The notes under the pieces are model-generated. The model searched no databases. It had not been told where the DNA came from and was given only the letters and a program-made list of their open reading frames with translations. Below are positions 1 through 10,860 of a stretch of DNA of 64,000 nt, one piece after another. This stretch comes from Microbotryum violaceum (lineage: Eukaryota), in assembly GCA_001244265.2 (NCBI GenBank), contig CDLV01000014.1:124001-188000 (forward strand). The letters run 5' to 3'. A program made the translations under genes and the position numbers. The first letter of the stretch is position 1, and each line of letters starts with the position of its first letter.

Positions 1-1929
1 ATCGAGCTCCCTGGCTCGGAGTCGTCTTGGGCTTGGACGAGTCAAATCCCAATCGAGTGAGGATGTCTGTGATGTAGCGGGTTTGGTGCACGAGACAGTA
101 ACCCGCATCACGCTTGACTTCGAGAGAAAGAAAGTGAGATACAGCACCTTGTTGTTTGAGCTTGAAGGTGGCTTGCAGGTCTCCGATCTCCTTCTCGATG
201 AGGGCCTGTGACGTAGATGCGACGAGACCGTCGTCGACGTAGAATGCGACTATGATGAACTCGGAGTCGACCTTCTTGTAGTAGAGGCAGACGTCAGACG
301 AGCACTTGGTCCACTTTTTCTCGACCATGAGACGATCGAGCGCGCGGTTCCATTCGCGCGGGGCTTGTTTGGTGCCGTACATCGACGCAATGAGCTTGAG
401 GCACTGACCAGGCTTGAGAGTCCCGGTCCAACCCTTGGGAGCCTTCATGTAGACGTCATCAGTCATCTTGCCATTGAGAAAAGCGGTGTCAAAGTCAAAC
501 TGCTCGAGCTTGAGGGACAGCGCTATAGCAAGTGCGATGAGAAAGCGTATAGTTGCCATGCGAGCGACAGGAGCAAACGACTCGTGGAAATCGATGCCAG
601 GGCGCTGAGCGAAACCTTGTGCAACGAGCCGAGCTTTGAAGCGGATGATCTTGCCAGCAGCGTCAACCTTGATCGTGAAAACCCATCGGGATCCAAGAGC
701 AATTGCGCCGTCCGGAAGGGAAGAAACCTCGAACACGTTGTGAGCCTCGAGTGCACCGAGCTCTTCACGAATCGCGATGATCTAGAACTTGGCGTCAGGA
801 CAGGAAATTGCCTCCTCGTATGTCTTCGGAATGAAATGGCCTTGAGGGACAGAGACGCAGAGATACGTCTTCCCCCATTTTCCGTCCGACTGAGGCAAGA
901 CGTCGTCAATTCGGATGACCCTGAAATTTGAGTTCGAAGAATCGGGTGCTGGACCAGCGAATAACGCTTGACGACGCTTGTGCGGGATAATGTTGGACAC
1001 GTCAATCTCGCCGAACTGACCGTGCTGATAACCGTTCTGGACTTGAACGTAGCCAGAGGGAATAGGTACGAGCTGTTGTGGGACCTCCTTTCCGACCGGT
1101 GTCACATTCGAATCCTTTTCAGAGATCTCGATGATTTGAGGGCTCTCGAAGTCAGTTACGAGCTCCGAAGTTTCAAGAAGATGATGTTCGCGCCGATCAA
1201 AGGTGGTATGGCGAGTTCGAACCTCCTTTTGTTGATCCTTGAGCCGACATAGTCGTAGTTGTTGTAGCCTGACAATGAAGTCGTCCATTTGACGATCGAT
1301 GATCGTCGAGGAAGAATGCGACAAAGCATGTATTCGAACGCATGTAGATGGTCGAATTGGACTGTTGAACTTGCACCGTGAACGCAATAGAGCCGGGAGT
1401 GGTTGAAGCGTTGTTCGACCTTGGGTTGAAGTGCCGGCGTGATGGACCAGGAGATGGCTGGACGTATCCGGACTTCGCAGACTTCTCGTCGGTGGGCCTT
1501 TCCTGTTACAGCGAAGGCGAGCCGTCGACGTTGAAGCTGCCAATGCACCAACACTGGTCTTGTTGAGAACATTGATCGGGTCGATCGGAGAGATGGTACG
1601 ACGCCCGTCGACGTCACCGGTCCTTCCCGAATCGGCCGAGCGCTTGTGTCGAGGATGCAGTGATCGCCTCGAGTGGAGTACAGTCGGCATGCTCGAATGT
1701 GTGTTCATCGAACATAGTTATGATCGAGCTTAGACCAGAACCAGTTTAGCTGGCAGAGCGCCGAGCGATACTGGAGCGGCAAGGGAGCTCGTTGGACTCG
1801 TAACCTATGATGGATTTGGGACGCTATGTATCTCGCACCGAATGACACTTCAGTCAGAACCGTTGCGAGAGCGAACGGAGAAGAGACTAAGAAGTAAAGT
1901 GTCACCCAGGCTCACTGAACATACTAACA
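1..1929 (-). mobile_element. Ty1/Copia LTR retrotransposon, internally deleted and defective; RT runs off the window start
   Basis: The minus strand reads PKTYEEAISCPDAKF*(TAG at 782-784)IIAIREELGAL...RWVFTIK...FKARLVAQGFAQRPGIDFHESFAPV...QFDFDTAFLNG...YGTKQAPREWN...FYVDDGLV, all Copia RT motifs. Only about 1 kb separates the LTR from RT, and no protease or integrase motifs are recognisable. Confidence 0.93.
1794..1929 (-). repeat. Putative 5' LTR (1808-1929, TG...CA, ~122 bp) followed by a primer-binding-site-like motif (1794-1807)
   Basis: The minus strand reads TGTTAGTATG...TCCATCA, then TAGGTTACGAGTCC, which resembles the fungal Copia PBS GGTTATGAGCCC. The partner LTR is outside the window. 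Confidence 0.6.
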
Positions 1930-2066
1930 GGCTAATTACTTGTAATAAGGCCAGGGCCGGATTTATGAAGCAAAAATATCTTCTGTTTAGCATATCGGAA
2001 ATAGAATCAGGAGCTCAAACCTAATTAGAATAGAAACTCTTCAAAATCTTAACCACTAATTGTGAC

Positions 2067-2956
2067 AGTTCCTTCCTCCGTCGAGTTCGATGAGGTTGCC
2101 TTGTGTTCGACAAAGGTGCAGAAATGCAGATCGACTTGAGTGTCGAGGTCGGGGTTCGGTGGTGGAAGATTCGTTGTGGGAAGAGATAGTAATATGATGT
2201 TGTAGAGCAGGATCGGATTACTGGAAGGACTTGAAGCCGTTTGACCGCTCGAAGCAGTTTCGGTGTGCACCCACCCGCTCGAGCTCGTCGGTCACGGTCA
2301 ATATCGATCAAGAGCTGGGCTCGTTCAAGTGTAAGCTCGACGCCCCTCCCTTTGGGAGGGGCTTGTGAGTTATCGGCGCGTTTGGCCCAGTTGCCCTCCG
2401 AAATTTTGGCCCTGAAAAGTGCCCCATTGCTGTAGCATGGCATATATTGGTGCTATCTGAAAACTGGAGGGATACGTCTTTACTTCATCTCTATTGATGA
2501 GGCTTCACCGAAGCTTGAAGTCTAGGAACGCTTGATCATCTCGCTACAGCAGCTTGAATCAAGTGATTCCGAACGAGACGCAGGTCGGCGGACGGACCAG
2601 TCGTAGTCCAGTCCGAGGCTCGCCGATGATGAGAGCGCCAACTACACGATGCGCTCGGACCATCTGTGGCCCGATCGACCGAAATCGCAGACTTCGGATC
2701 GCTGTAGCTCCACCCACAGCTTATGAAAGCTCTCGTCACTTGGGGTATGTCATTTTTAGAGCATAAAGAAAAATAGGCTCCCTCACTTTTGCATGAATGT
2801 AAGTATTTGCCAAGTTACAGAAAACCACCCCAAAATGGCCATGAAATTTCGGAGGGCATCTGGGCCAAGCGCGCCGATAACTCGCAAGCCCCTCCCAGAG
2901 GGAGGGCTTAGTTGAGCTTAGTTCAAGTGGGGTCTGAGATTTCGGATGGGATAGGG
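2067..2956. repeat. Dispersed repeat of unknown class, copy A (interrupted by a MITE at 2332-2920)
   Basis: 2067-2331 plus 2930-2956 align closely and collinearly with 10580-10860 (AGTTCCTTC...GCTGGGCTCGTTCAAGTGGGGTCTGAGATTTCGGATGGGATAGGG). Confidence 0.9.
2332..2920. mobile_element. Non-autonomous Mutator-like (MULE) DNA transposon / MITE, 589 bp
   Basis: About 80-bp imperfect TIRs (TAAGCTCGACGCCCCTCCCTTTGGGAGGGGCTTGTGAGTTATCGGCGCG... and its reverse complement ending GAGCTTA). A 9-bp TSD GTTCAAGTG lies at 2323-2331 and 2921-2929, and the single-copy empty site is at 10825-10833. Confidence 0.92.
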
Positions 2957-3382
2957 CCCGGCGCCTCTGGTCTGCTCTGTCCCCGACCCCCACCCAGTCT
3001 TTGTGGACTTTGTATGCCCGGTCGTGTCTCGCTCGGAACGTCGACTTGTCGAACTACGAGTCCTCTTCTTTCACTCGATCTGGAAGCTCTGTCGCCGTCG
3101 TCGATTCTCGTCGGATCTTTTGGAACCGATCACCGAAACGGAGTTCGAGGGGCTTCGAGCCTCTATCCAGGAGTCCAAGGGTCGCCTAGTGTCTCTGTAA
3201 GACACCAAAGGGGGTTTAAGTGGGTATGGTTGATCCTGGTTCAGGGTCAATGAGTCCTACACTACTGGCTTCTGCCAGTGTGCGTAACAGCATTCCCTCC
3301 GACTTTTCCGAAGATTTCTAGGTATTAATATAATTATGCTGTTAATGAAGTCTATCAAATTACCCTAACTAGTAAAAAAAAA
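2957..3382 (+). mobile_element. 5'-truncated non-LTR retrotransposon (L1/Tx1-like LINE) 3' end
   Basis: Reads ARRLWSAL...RVLFFHSIWKLCRRRRF, resembling the L1-clade ORF2 C-terminus after the zinc knuckle. The stop is at 3200, followed by an AT-rich tail and A9 at 3374-3382. It begins exactly where repeat copy A stops matching copy B. No TSD was found. Confidence 0.55.
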
Positions 3383-3421
3383 GAGTGCGTTAAGGAATGT
3401 ACCTAAAATCGCTGTTTTTAA

Positions 3422-6400
3422 CTAGGTTGCGGCCCGGAGGCCCGCCTGTGGTGGATGTACCAGCATACTGTTGTGTTTGCCGCACCTGCCTGTGGTGTCG
3501 GGGTTCCGATCAGAAGTCATGTACAAGGCCTGTGGTGACTTTTGTATTTTCCGCGCCGTTCCAACGAAGCTACAGCGCTCCCAGTATTTTCTTTCTTTTC
3601 TTCGCTGACATAAACCAATGCTTCCACTCATATTTCATTTAACGAACCGCAAGCGCGTGGCTTTGCATGATATTGCTTCTACAGCAGAGCTCTGCCTGAC
3701 GTGCGAGGCGGGGGCTGGCGTTTGTCACGTGATGCGGTGCGCCGGCGGTGTCAGTGTCATTCCGGCAGTCGACCAGCGGCATTAGGGGCTGAACAACGAA
3801 TCAAACCACGTAAATAATCCTGCGCCACTCCCTCGAGCCTTTCCTTTCTCCCTCCCACTCTCATCCAATTTTAGTGACACTCATTCAAGAACAAACCTTC
3901 GCTACTATGCCCCGGTCCCAAGGTCGCCAGGGAGGGCCATCGCAACCTCGCCAAGTCTTGGGCGCGAGGATAGCGCCGTACCATGGGCTACCATGGGCCA
4001 GCTCGAGCGCCCGCTGCTGGGCGCCCCGCGGCTCGACCCTCCTCTTCGTCCCGCGCCGATCAACAGAATCAGCCCCCCGCGCGTCATGACAACAGTGCAA
4101 CCGATCTTGGCATTGCGACACGTATACGGGCCCGCCGTGCAGCTGTGCAGAACGGACAGCGTCGTCAGCGCGATGGCCAACTCGACGCTGGGCTCGCCCC
4201 ACCAACCACCTCCGCAAAGGCGAGTGCGCCGGGCTCGAATCGCGCTCAAACCCCTCAAGCCCCACGTTTTCGCAGGGCAAGGTGCGGCTACCTCCCCCTC
4301 CCCAGCCCAATCTCGAGTATCGGCAGCTTCTTGAAGGCTCGGATAGCGGTCAGTTGCTCCGTCCAACAACATTCGTCTGCAGTAGACCCACATGCTGAAT
4401 TGTGCGATGCACCTACACAGACGCTAAAGCATTCTGCGAGAATGCCCGGTCTTACAATAACGCGTTGTCCTTTACTTCGCTCGCTGCCCACTGGGACCAA
4501 ACCCAAGTGGGCACTCTAGGACCTCCCGTGTTTCGTGTGTTCGGCCGCCTCTATCATTGACTCGGTGCCCTGATCCCTGCCGTGAATCAACGCCCAGGCT
4601 TTGCCCAGACATGGCTGATCGACCCGGCCGAGGCCACCGACACACGACTTCAAGGACCCGACAGCACAGAGACTCGCATACAAAGCTCAACGCTGACCAA
4701 GCTAGAGTCCATGTTGCGCACCGGCAATCGCTTTGTGAGGGAGTTCGCATCGGCCAAAGCTCGCGCAGGTTGGGATACGGCCAAAGAGTGGATCCTGCGC
4801 CTCTGCCTCCCGCCAGGCCGGGACCGACGCACCCACAACCCTCCTACGTCGAGCACAAAAATGGCGATGCTTATCTGCGATTCCGACACCAACACGGGAG
4901 ATCGTGGACCTTAAGACCGTATTCTCCAGGTGCACGGTGATCGATGTCCCGATGGTCGGCCCAAGTACCAAATCGTTAGCTCGCTCCATCCGTCTGCGAT
5001 GCCTCTCCGGTACCCACTACTCTTCCCCGCGGGGAAGATGGCTTCCACCCCAACATTCCTCTTTGCGGGTTCCACCAAGCCGGGCCGCCAATTGCCAGAA
5101 ACCGAGAGCAGATCGACAATGGTGTCCAATTGCGCGAGCTACTTGCCGGTCTGGGTCTGGATGACGAAGAGAATGGTGATGGTGAACGTACGCGTCTTCG
5201 GCTCTTTATCTGATGTTCTATTCTGTTTAAGGCGCAAGCACAGACTGGCCTTGAACTTTTGAACGCCTAGGACGAAGGTCAAGTAAAGGGGTCGAGGTCG
5301 AGGTGGCGAGTCTCGCGTTCACAATTCTTTGCGCACTACTTGCTAAAGGCGACGAGTGCTTCTCAATCCCGCATTGCACCCAACGTCCCTTCCTGGAGTC
5401 TGTGATTTACGGATGTACTCCCAAGTCAAGACCGATTGACTCAACACATCCGGTTGCATCAAGAGAACCTACGCCTCACCACGACCCAAGGCATCAACGG
5501 CTTGACCCTGAACCAAATCGCGACATCACGCAGCGATACCAGGATGCGATGGCGTGCGTTGTCAACCATGGAAAGCCTCCGCTGCTCATCACGATGACGT
5601 ACGACTCCGACTCACCGGAAACCAAGGCTGCACTGGGGCCGATACAGCATGCAACCGTCCGGATCTCATTGCACGAGTGTTTGAAGCCAAGTCCGGCAAC
5701 AAGCGACATGCAGGCTGTTTCGGCGATGACTATAAGATGAATGGATTTTGTTTCTTTGCTGTACTTCGTATTGTGTTTTCTTAACCTCTGCGCTGATATC
5801 ATGTAGACTGTTCGATTATCCTGCTATTGTTTTAATTCATCCTCCCGTTAATTTAAAGGGTTCCCACTGGTAAAAAATAAAAAATAAAAAAAAGAGAGAA
5901 TTAACGCGCCCCCTCCGGGGGCGACGGGTCCGTGAAGCTCTGACGGAGTAACACCGACTAACAGCGTCACCTAGTATTACTAAGAACATGCCATGTGCAG
6001 CACCGAGTTCCCGAGTCAGTTCGGCCCACATGAATGAGGCGTGTAAATGTGCCAAACGTCAATGAACATTGCAGACAACGAGATCGAGCCAGAGCCGGGG
6101 TGGGGTGTAAATGCATAAGTTCAACATCGCCCATGACACAGTCCGCGTCTGAACGAGTTTTTGTTCGCATGTGGTCGTCAGCGCCGGGGACCCACATCGC
6201 GCGCTCACCGAAGTCAGAAGTCAGCTATAAGAAGTTGTTTCAGTTGAAGTTGAGAGATTGGGACTTCCGGGAGCGACTTGAGCGCGAGACGGCATGGCGA
6301 GGCGTGGTGAACGTGTCCACCGCTGAGAGACATGGGAATCAAATGGCATGGAGTGTCGGTATTCCCCCACAGATCTTTCACAGTGGGAAGAGCGTTACAA

Positions 6401-7280
6401 CCCACGATTAGATGACTTTTTGTCGTTGGCCTAAACGGTATCATCTGCTTGGTCCAGAAACTTGTCCTTGATGCGCCTAAGGCTGTGAGATACCTCGTCA
6501 TCGCAACGGTGAGTGTAAATCTGCCAGGTTGACGGTGACGAAGAGGATGTACATACCGAACGCGCTGACGTATCCGCGGATCTCATTCCTCATGTCGAGC
6601 ATCTGCGCAGTTATGCCGTGAGTTTTGTCTCCGATACTTTGCAATTCTGCCAGAATACGGTTGATATGCTTCTCTGCTTCTGTTGTGCTTTGTACCTTTT
6701 CGTGTCCTTGGGTTTTTTGATCGTTTCGGACACAACATCCATGTCGATTTCGAGCAGTGCTGCTCTGATTCGAGCCACCTTCTCTTCTAGGGACCCGAAA
6801 AGCGAGTTGGCGAAACACTTCTCGTCGGCGGAGCATGTTCGAGACGATGAATGGGAAAGACGGGTCGCATCGAAATCGCTGTCGTATAGATTGAGCAAAT
6901 GTTTGACTTGCTCGTCCAGAGAAATCTTGAGGTTGCGCTCGACACAGAAATTGACGAGACCAAATGGATCGAGGTGTGGCCACAGCTTTGAGAGCACGAG
7001 CTCGTCCGAGGGTTCCCACAAAGGGGCGTCGTCTCTCGGAATGACATAGGTGGGTTTGTCCTGGTTGAGATAACAGAGAGCTTTCTCAAAGAGCAGCCAT
7101 GAGTGAATTGGTTCGTCGGTAGGAGCAGCGACGGGGGAAGAGCCGTGAATGATGGCGAGAACGAGAATGAGATTCCCAGACTGGAGACTGGAGAACGATG
7201 CCAAACGAGACTTCAAACACGCAGAAAGTAACCCAGAAAGAATGCTGTATGATCGTATATGTGGTCCTAAGATCATGAAG
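3422..7280 (-). mobile_element. Helitron remnant B (different Rep lineage); coding relic at 6214-7276, probable 3' end at 3422
   Basis: Minus-strand motifs: HGSSPV, LWPHLDPFG...ISLDEQVKHLLNLYD, DPSFPFIVSNMLRRR, MRNEIRGYVSAFGMYILFVTVNLADLHSP (Rep motif 1). The minus strand also has hairpin GCGGGCC-TCC-GGGCCGC, then AAC, then CTAG|T at 3445-3422. Linking this end to the coding relic is inferred. Confidence 0.7.
3900..5974 (+). mobile_element. Helitron remnant A (Rep N-terminal region, multiply disabled); 5' end approximate
   Basis: Motifs in order: GKVRLP, NARSYNNALSFTS...GPPVFRVFGRLYH*LGALIP...FAQTWLID, YPLLFP, RYQDAMACVVNHGKPPLLITMT, NRPDLIARVF. A candidate 3' terminus has the hairpin CGCCCCC-TCC-GGGGGCG (5907-5923) and CTAG|T at 5971-5974. 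Confidence 0.88.
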
Positions 7281-8065
7281 CAAATCCCTCCGAGACGCCC
7301 TGCTGGAGTAAACCCGCTTCCCTCCGCCTCATCGCTCCCCTTCCGTCACCGCGTCATCGGCTCACTAAGCCGCTTTCCTTCTGATCGACTCATTAATCCG
7401 CCCATCTCTCTTTTCCTTCATCCCGTCCGTCCTTTTTCCGCATGCACCTCCGCCCTTTTCTCGCCGTTGACCGAGACACCGAGGCGCAAAGAGAGAGGAG
7501 CGCGCTTATGATTTACGTGCACAAACCTCCCTCAGGCTGCCTTCGCCGCTTCTGCGCCCATCCGGCGCGGCGCCTCGCCATGCTTTCCAAACGTAGAGGT
7601 CCTTTCATGGTAGTTTTTGAGACACCGAAGCCATGCGGTGTCTATAAGTGCCCCTCGATAGGATGTTGCTGCTGCCACCGTGCGATAACGCCGCTGCCGC
7701 CGTCCGTGTGACCTTGCCGATTGTTGCCTCGTCGATACCCTGTCTTCAAACGCTTAAGCAGGTAGGTACGGTCACCGATGCTCCCATAACCGCTATCGAA
7801 GCTTACAATCTCATGAGATGACGACAACGGCGGGATCCCGTGTAGCACAATAGCGCGCGGCAATACATGATAACCCGAGATCGTCCCGGGATGATCTTGC
7901 ATCCGACGACTCTGAGCTACCCTGAACCGCCTTGAACGGCGAAGCCCAACGGCAACCCTGAAGGCCAAGCTGACCAAGTTAGCGTACGCACTCCAACAAG
8001 TTCTCTCTCTTCTCGTCTTTCCCTATCCTTCAACTCTCTTCTTCCCCCATCCTTTTTTTATCAAC

Positions 8066-9487
8066 ATGAAGACTCCCGTTTTCCAGTTATTCTTCTCGAC
8101 TGCCGTCATGGCCATAGTCTTCGTTGCCTGGGCTTCGGCCAGCCCCTTCAGAGAAGATGGCCTTGTCATGTCACCTAGAGGTAAGTTGATCGCCGCTCGC
8201 GGCTGTCCAGGATCGTTGCAGTCACCTGACGTACCTGACTCTTGAGGTAACTTCCTACCATACTCACTGCCCCTTGTTTGAACCCTTCGCTCATCTTGTT
8301 TTGACCTGCATGTGAATTCGCGTCAAACTTTGTGGTGATACTACTGCTTGCGGGAACGCCTTGGATCTGACCTGACATCGTGCATGCGTTGTCATATAGC
8401 CGTATCACTCTCGTAGCGGCGACCCGCGACATAGTTCGCCGTGTTGAAAGCGACTGCTACACTCAATGCCACAAGCCATGGTCTGACGCTTTTGGGTCAG
8501 TCTACGTTAGCAAGCCGTTTTCTTGTGCTTGATCAGGGGCCACACCTGGCCGCAAGCTTATTGACGACTAACCGCTGGAAACATTCTGCGTCTTCTTCCT
8601 GCAGGGCAGTCGCGGCAAATGAATGGTGCGCAACGAGCCTCGCATGTCCAAAGGGCACATCGAGCTATCCAGAGAACGAACCGACCATGCCTTCAGCTGC
8701 GGTGTTGTATATTTGGAGAACGGAGAAAGTCCTTCCCCCAGAAGTTGGGAAAATCCTAAACCTCACGGTCACTTCAAGTTGGCAACCTCAAAGTGAATTT
8801 TGTCGGCGCCCCGTCCCGGCGTTCTCCGCTCTGGGTGTCTCATAATTCCTTCGACCCCGCTGCTTGTCCAACGATGACTCTGATCTCGTGTATTGACAAT
8901 GTTGGCTTACGTCACGCCATACTTCTCAGGTACCAGATTGCCTGCCGATTTGTATCATGGTCTGGCAACCCTGGTTCCGCGACCCCAAGCACCATCCGTG
9001 AGTCCAAACAACTTGAACGTCTCGAGGGTAGCCTGCTTGTAACGTTTAACCGTTGACCGTTCCGATCTGACGCCTACTGGCACTGGGTCGTTTCAGCGGC
9101 TGCACGACGCACGGCATTGACTCATTCAAGACGGCACAGCTCTTTTGCGCCAATACTTACTGCAAGAAAAAACCCTCAACGCACAAAGGACCAAAGCACC
9201 CGATACATGTGAGCTCACGTTCTGTCTTCAGCGCCTCGCCGGCCGGCATGAGCTCGGAAGATTCTGATGCAACATCTCCACACTCCGCCCCGCGACCTGA
9301 GCCGTCCTACAGCATTAGTCAGACAATCCATCCCGGCCCATCGCATGTAGCTCACGTCTTGAACCCTCCGCCCTTTGTGAAGACCAAGACGAGGGGACGG
9401 TTGCCTGAGCGGCGGCGACGTCGAGGTCAACTCCAACCCCACCGGCAGTTTTTTTTTTGGCGCCACTTGAAACTCTGCATTGTCTAA
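8066..9487 (+). CDS. Candidate multi-exon small secreted Cys-containing protein (middle exons and stop uncertain; possibly decayed)
   Basis: Exon 8066-8180 reads MKTPVFQLFFSTAVMAIVFVAWASA-SPFREDGLVMSPR and is followed by GTAAGT. Exons 8930-8997 and 9097 onward splice in frame to VPDCLPICIMVWQPWFRDPKHHPGCTTHGIDSFKTAQLFCANTYCKKK. Confidence 0.5.
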
Positions 9488-9855
9488 AGACTTTTTCCGT
9501 ACCCATCATCTCGTTATATAGCTCCTTAGTTTGCTCATGGTACATATCAAATCCCACGCCACGTAGCATCCCGCGTCTTTCCGTTCTATGATCATGTTCG
9601 TGCTTGAGCGAAGATGGGTCTGTGAATCTAGAGTCCGATGTGCCATATAAAATCCGAGAAAAGGAAGTGTTTCGTCGTAGCGGGATGCCGATGTTGTAGA
9701 GGCAGCTTCGGAAAGTAGCCTGAAACGACGTGCGCCACCGTCGCGGCGTCTCGTTGAAGTGGAAGCGGAGTCCCAAGGGGACGACAGCGGCTTGGGTCGT
9801 CGAAGTGACTCATGAGAGCGAGGGCGAGGGCGAGCGGGATTTTGAAGTGGACCAT
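9315..9855 (-). pseudogene. Frameshifted putative secreted protein
   Basis: ATG at 9855 gives MVHFKIPLALALALM. A frame change near 9810 continues VTSTTQAAVVPLGLRFHFNETPRRW... into ORF 9315-9776 and completes a typical signal peptide. The 5' leader is CT-rich. Confidence 0.45.
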
Positions 9856-10579
9856 GTTTTGAGGCTTGCTGAAAGGGGTGGGACTGAGCGTTTGAGAGGG
9901 ACCAGGGTTGACGTGGAAGAGAGAAAAAGAGAAAGGAACCATTTGGTGGTCTATAAATCGAATTCTTCAGAACCACCGGCCTCAGTCTCGATCGTTCTCA
10001 ACATCTTGGCCCTCGCCCGCCGCTCGCTCCGACGACCACCGGGATCCCGCGCCGTCCTTTCTGGTCGTCTGATCGATTCGCCGAACCAAATAGGAGATCC
10101 GATTCGCATGAGATCGGCGTTGGAGATCGATAGAGGATTGTGACGATGGCGATCGGAAAAGCGATAGAAGGATAAGGATCGACCGACTCTGGCTCCAACT
10201 AGCTGTCAGTCACATCTCGAGCGATCGACGCAGTCATAGCTGCCCCGGTAGCATACAGCACAATTTCAGAAACGCGTGGCATTGAATTTACACGTGAGCT
10301 GAGGACCAGGTCCAGCAGCTAGGCGGATTTTATAAGTCGTTCAGAAACGCTTCGCAGGGTAGGTAATGTGACCTTACCTTAGTCCTCCGGTGTCGGGTTG
10401 AGGGTGATGAGGCTGAACTCGAGCGAGTTTGACAACTCGATGATCTCCTTCACCCTCACGGCGGTGTCCTGTCACCACACCAACGATATTCAGCAGAAAG
10501 CTGATATGCTTATGATCGAAACAAGCTTGAAAATCTATCTGTAGCAGATTCCTGGTGGTCCTGCCTCGATTTATAGGCG

Positions 10580-10860
10580 AGTTCCTTCGTCCGTCGAGTT
10601 CGATGAGGTTGCCCTTGTGTTCGACAAAGGTGCAGAAGTGCAGATCGACTTGAGTGTCGAGGTCGGGGGTCTGTGGTGGAAGATTCGTTGTGGGAGGAAA
10701 TAGTAAGATGCTGTTTCAGACCAGGATCGGATTACTGGAAGGACTTGCAGCCGTTTGACCGCTCGAAGCAGTTTCGATGTGCACCCGCTCGAGCTCGTCG
10801 GTCGCGCGGTCAAGAGCTGGGCTCGTTCAAGTGGGGTCTGAGATTTCGGATGGGATAGGG
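10580..10860. repeat. Dispersed repeat copy B (uninterrupted; empty site for the MITE)
   Basis: Direct alignment to 2067-2331 and 2930-2956. Confidence 0.9.

Noticed and set aside
8930..9420. SWIM-finger or MULE transposase reading (ACRFVSWSGNP; LNPPPFVKTKTRGR)
   Set aside because: The Cys/His ligands are incomplete, and a different frame splices cleanly into a Cys-containing exon pair. The C-terminal similarity is too short to call.
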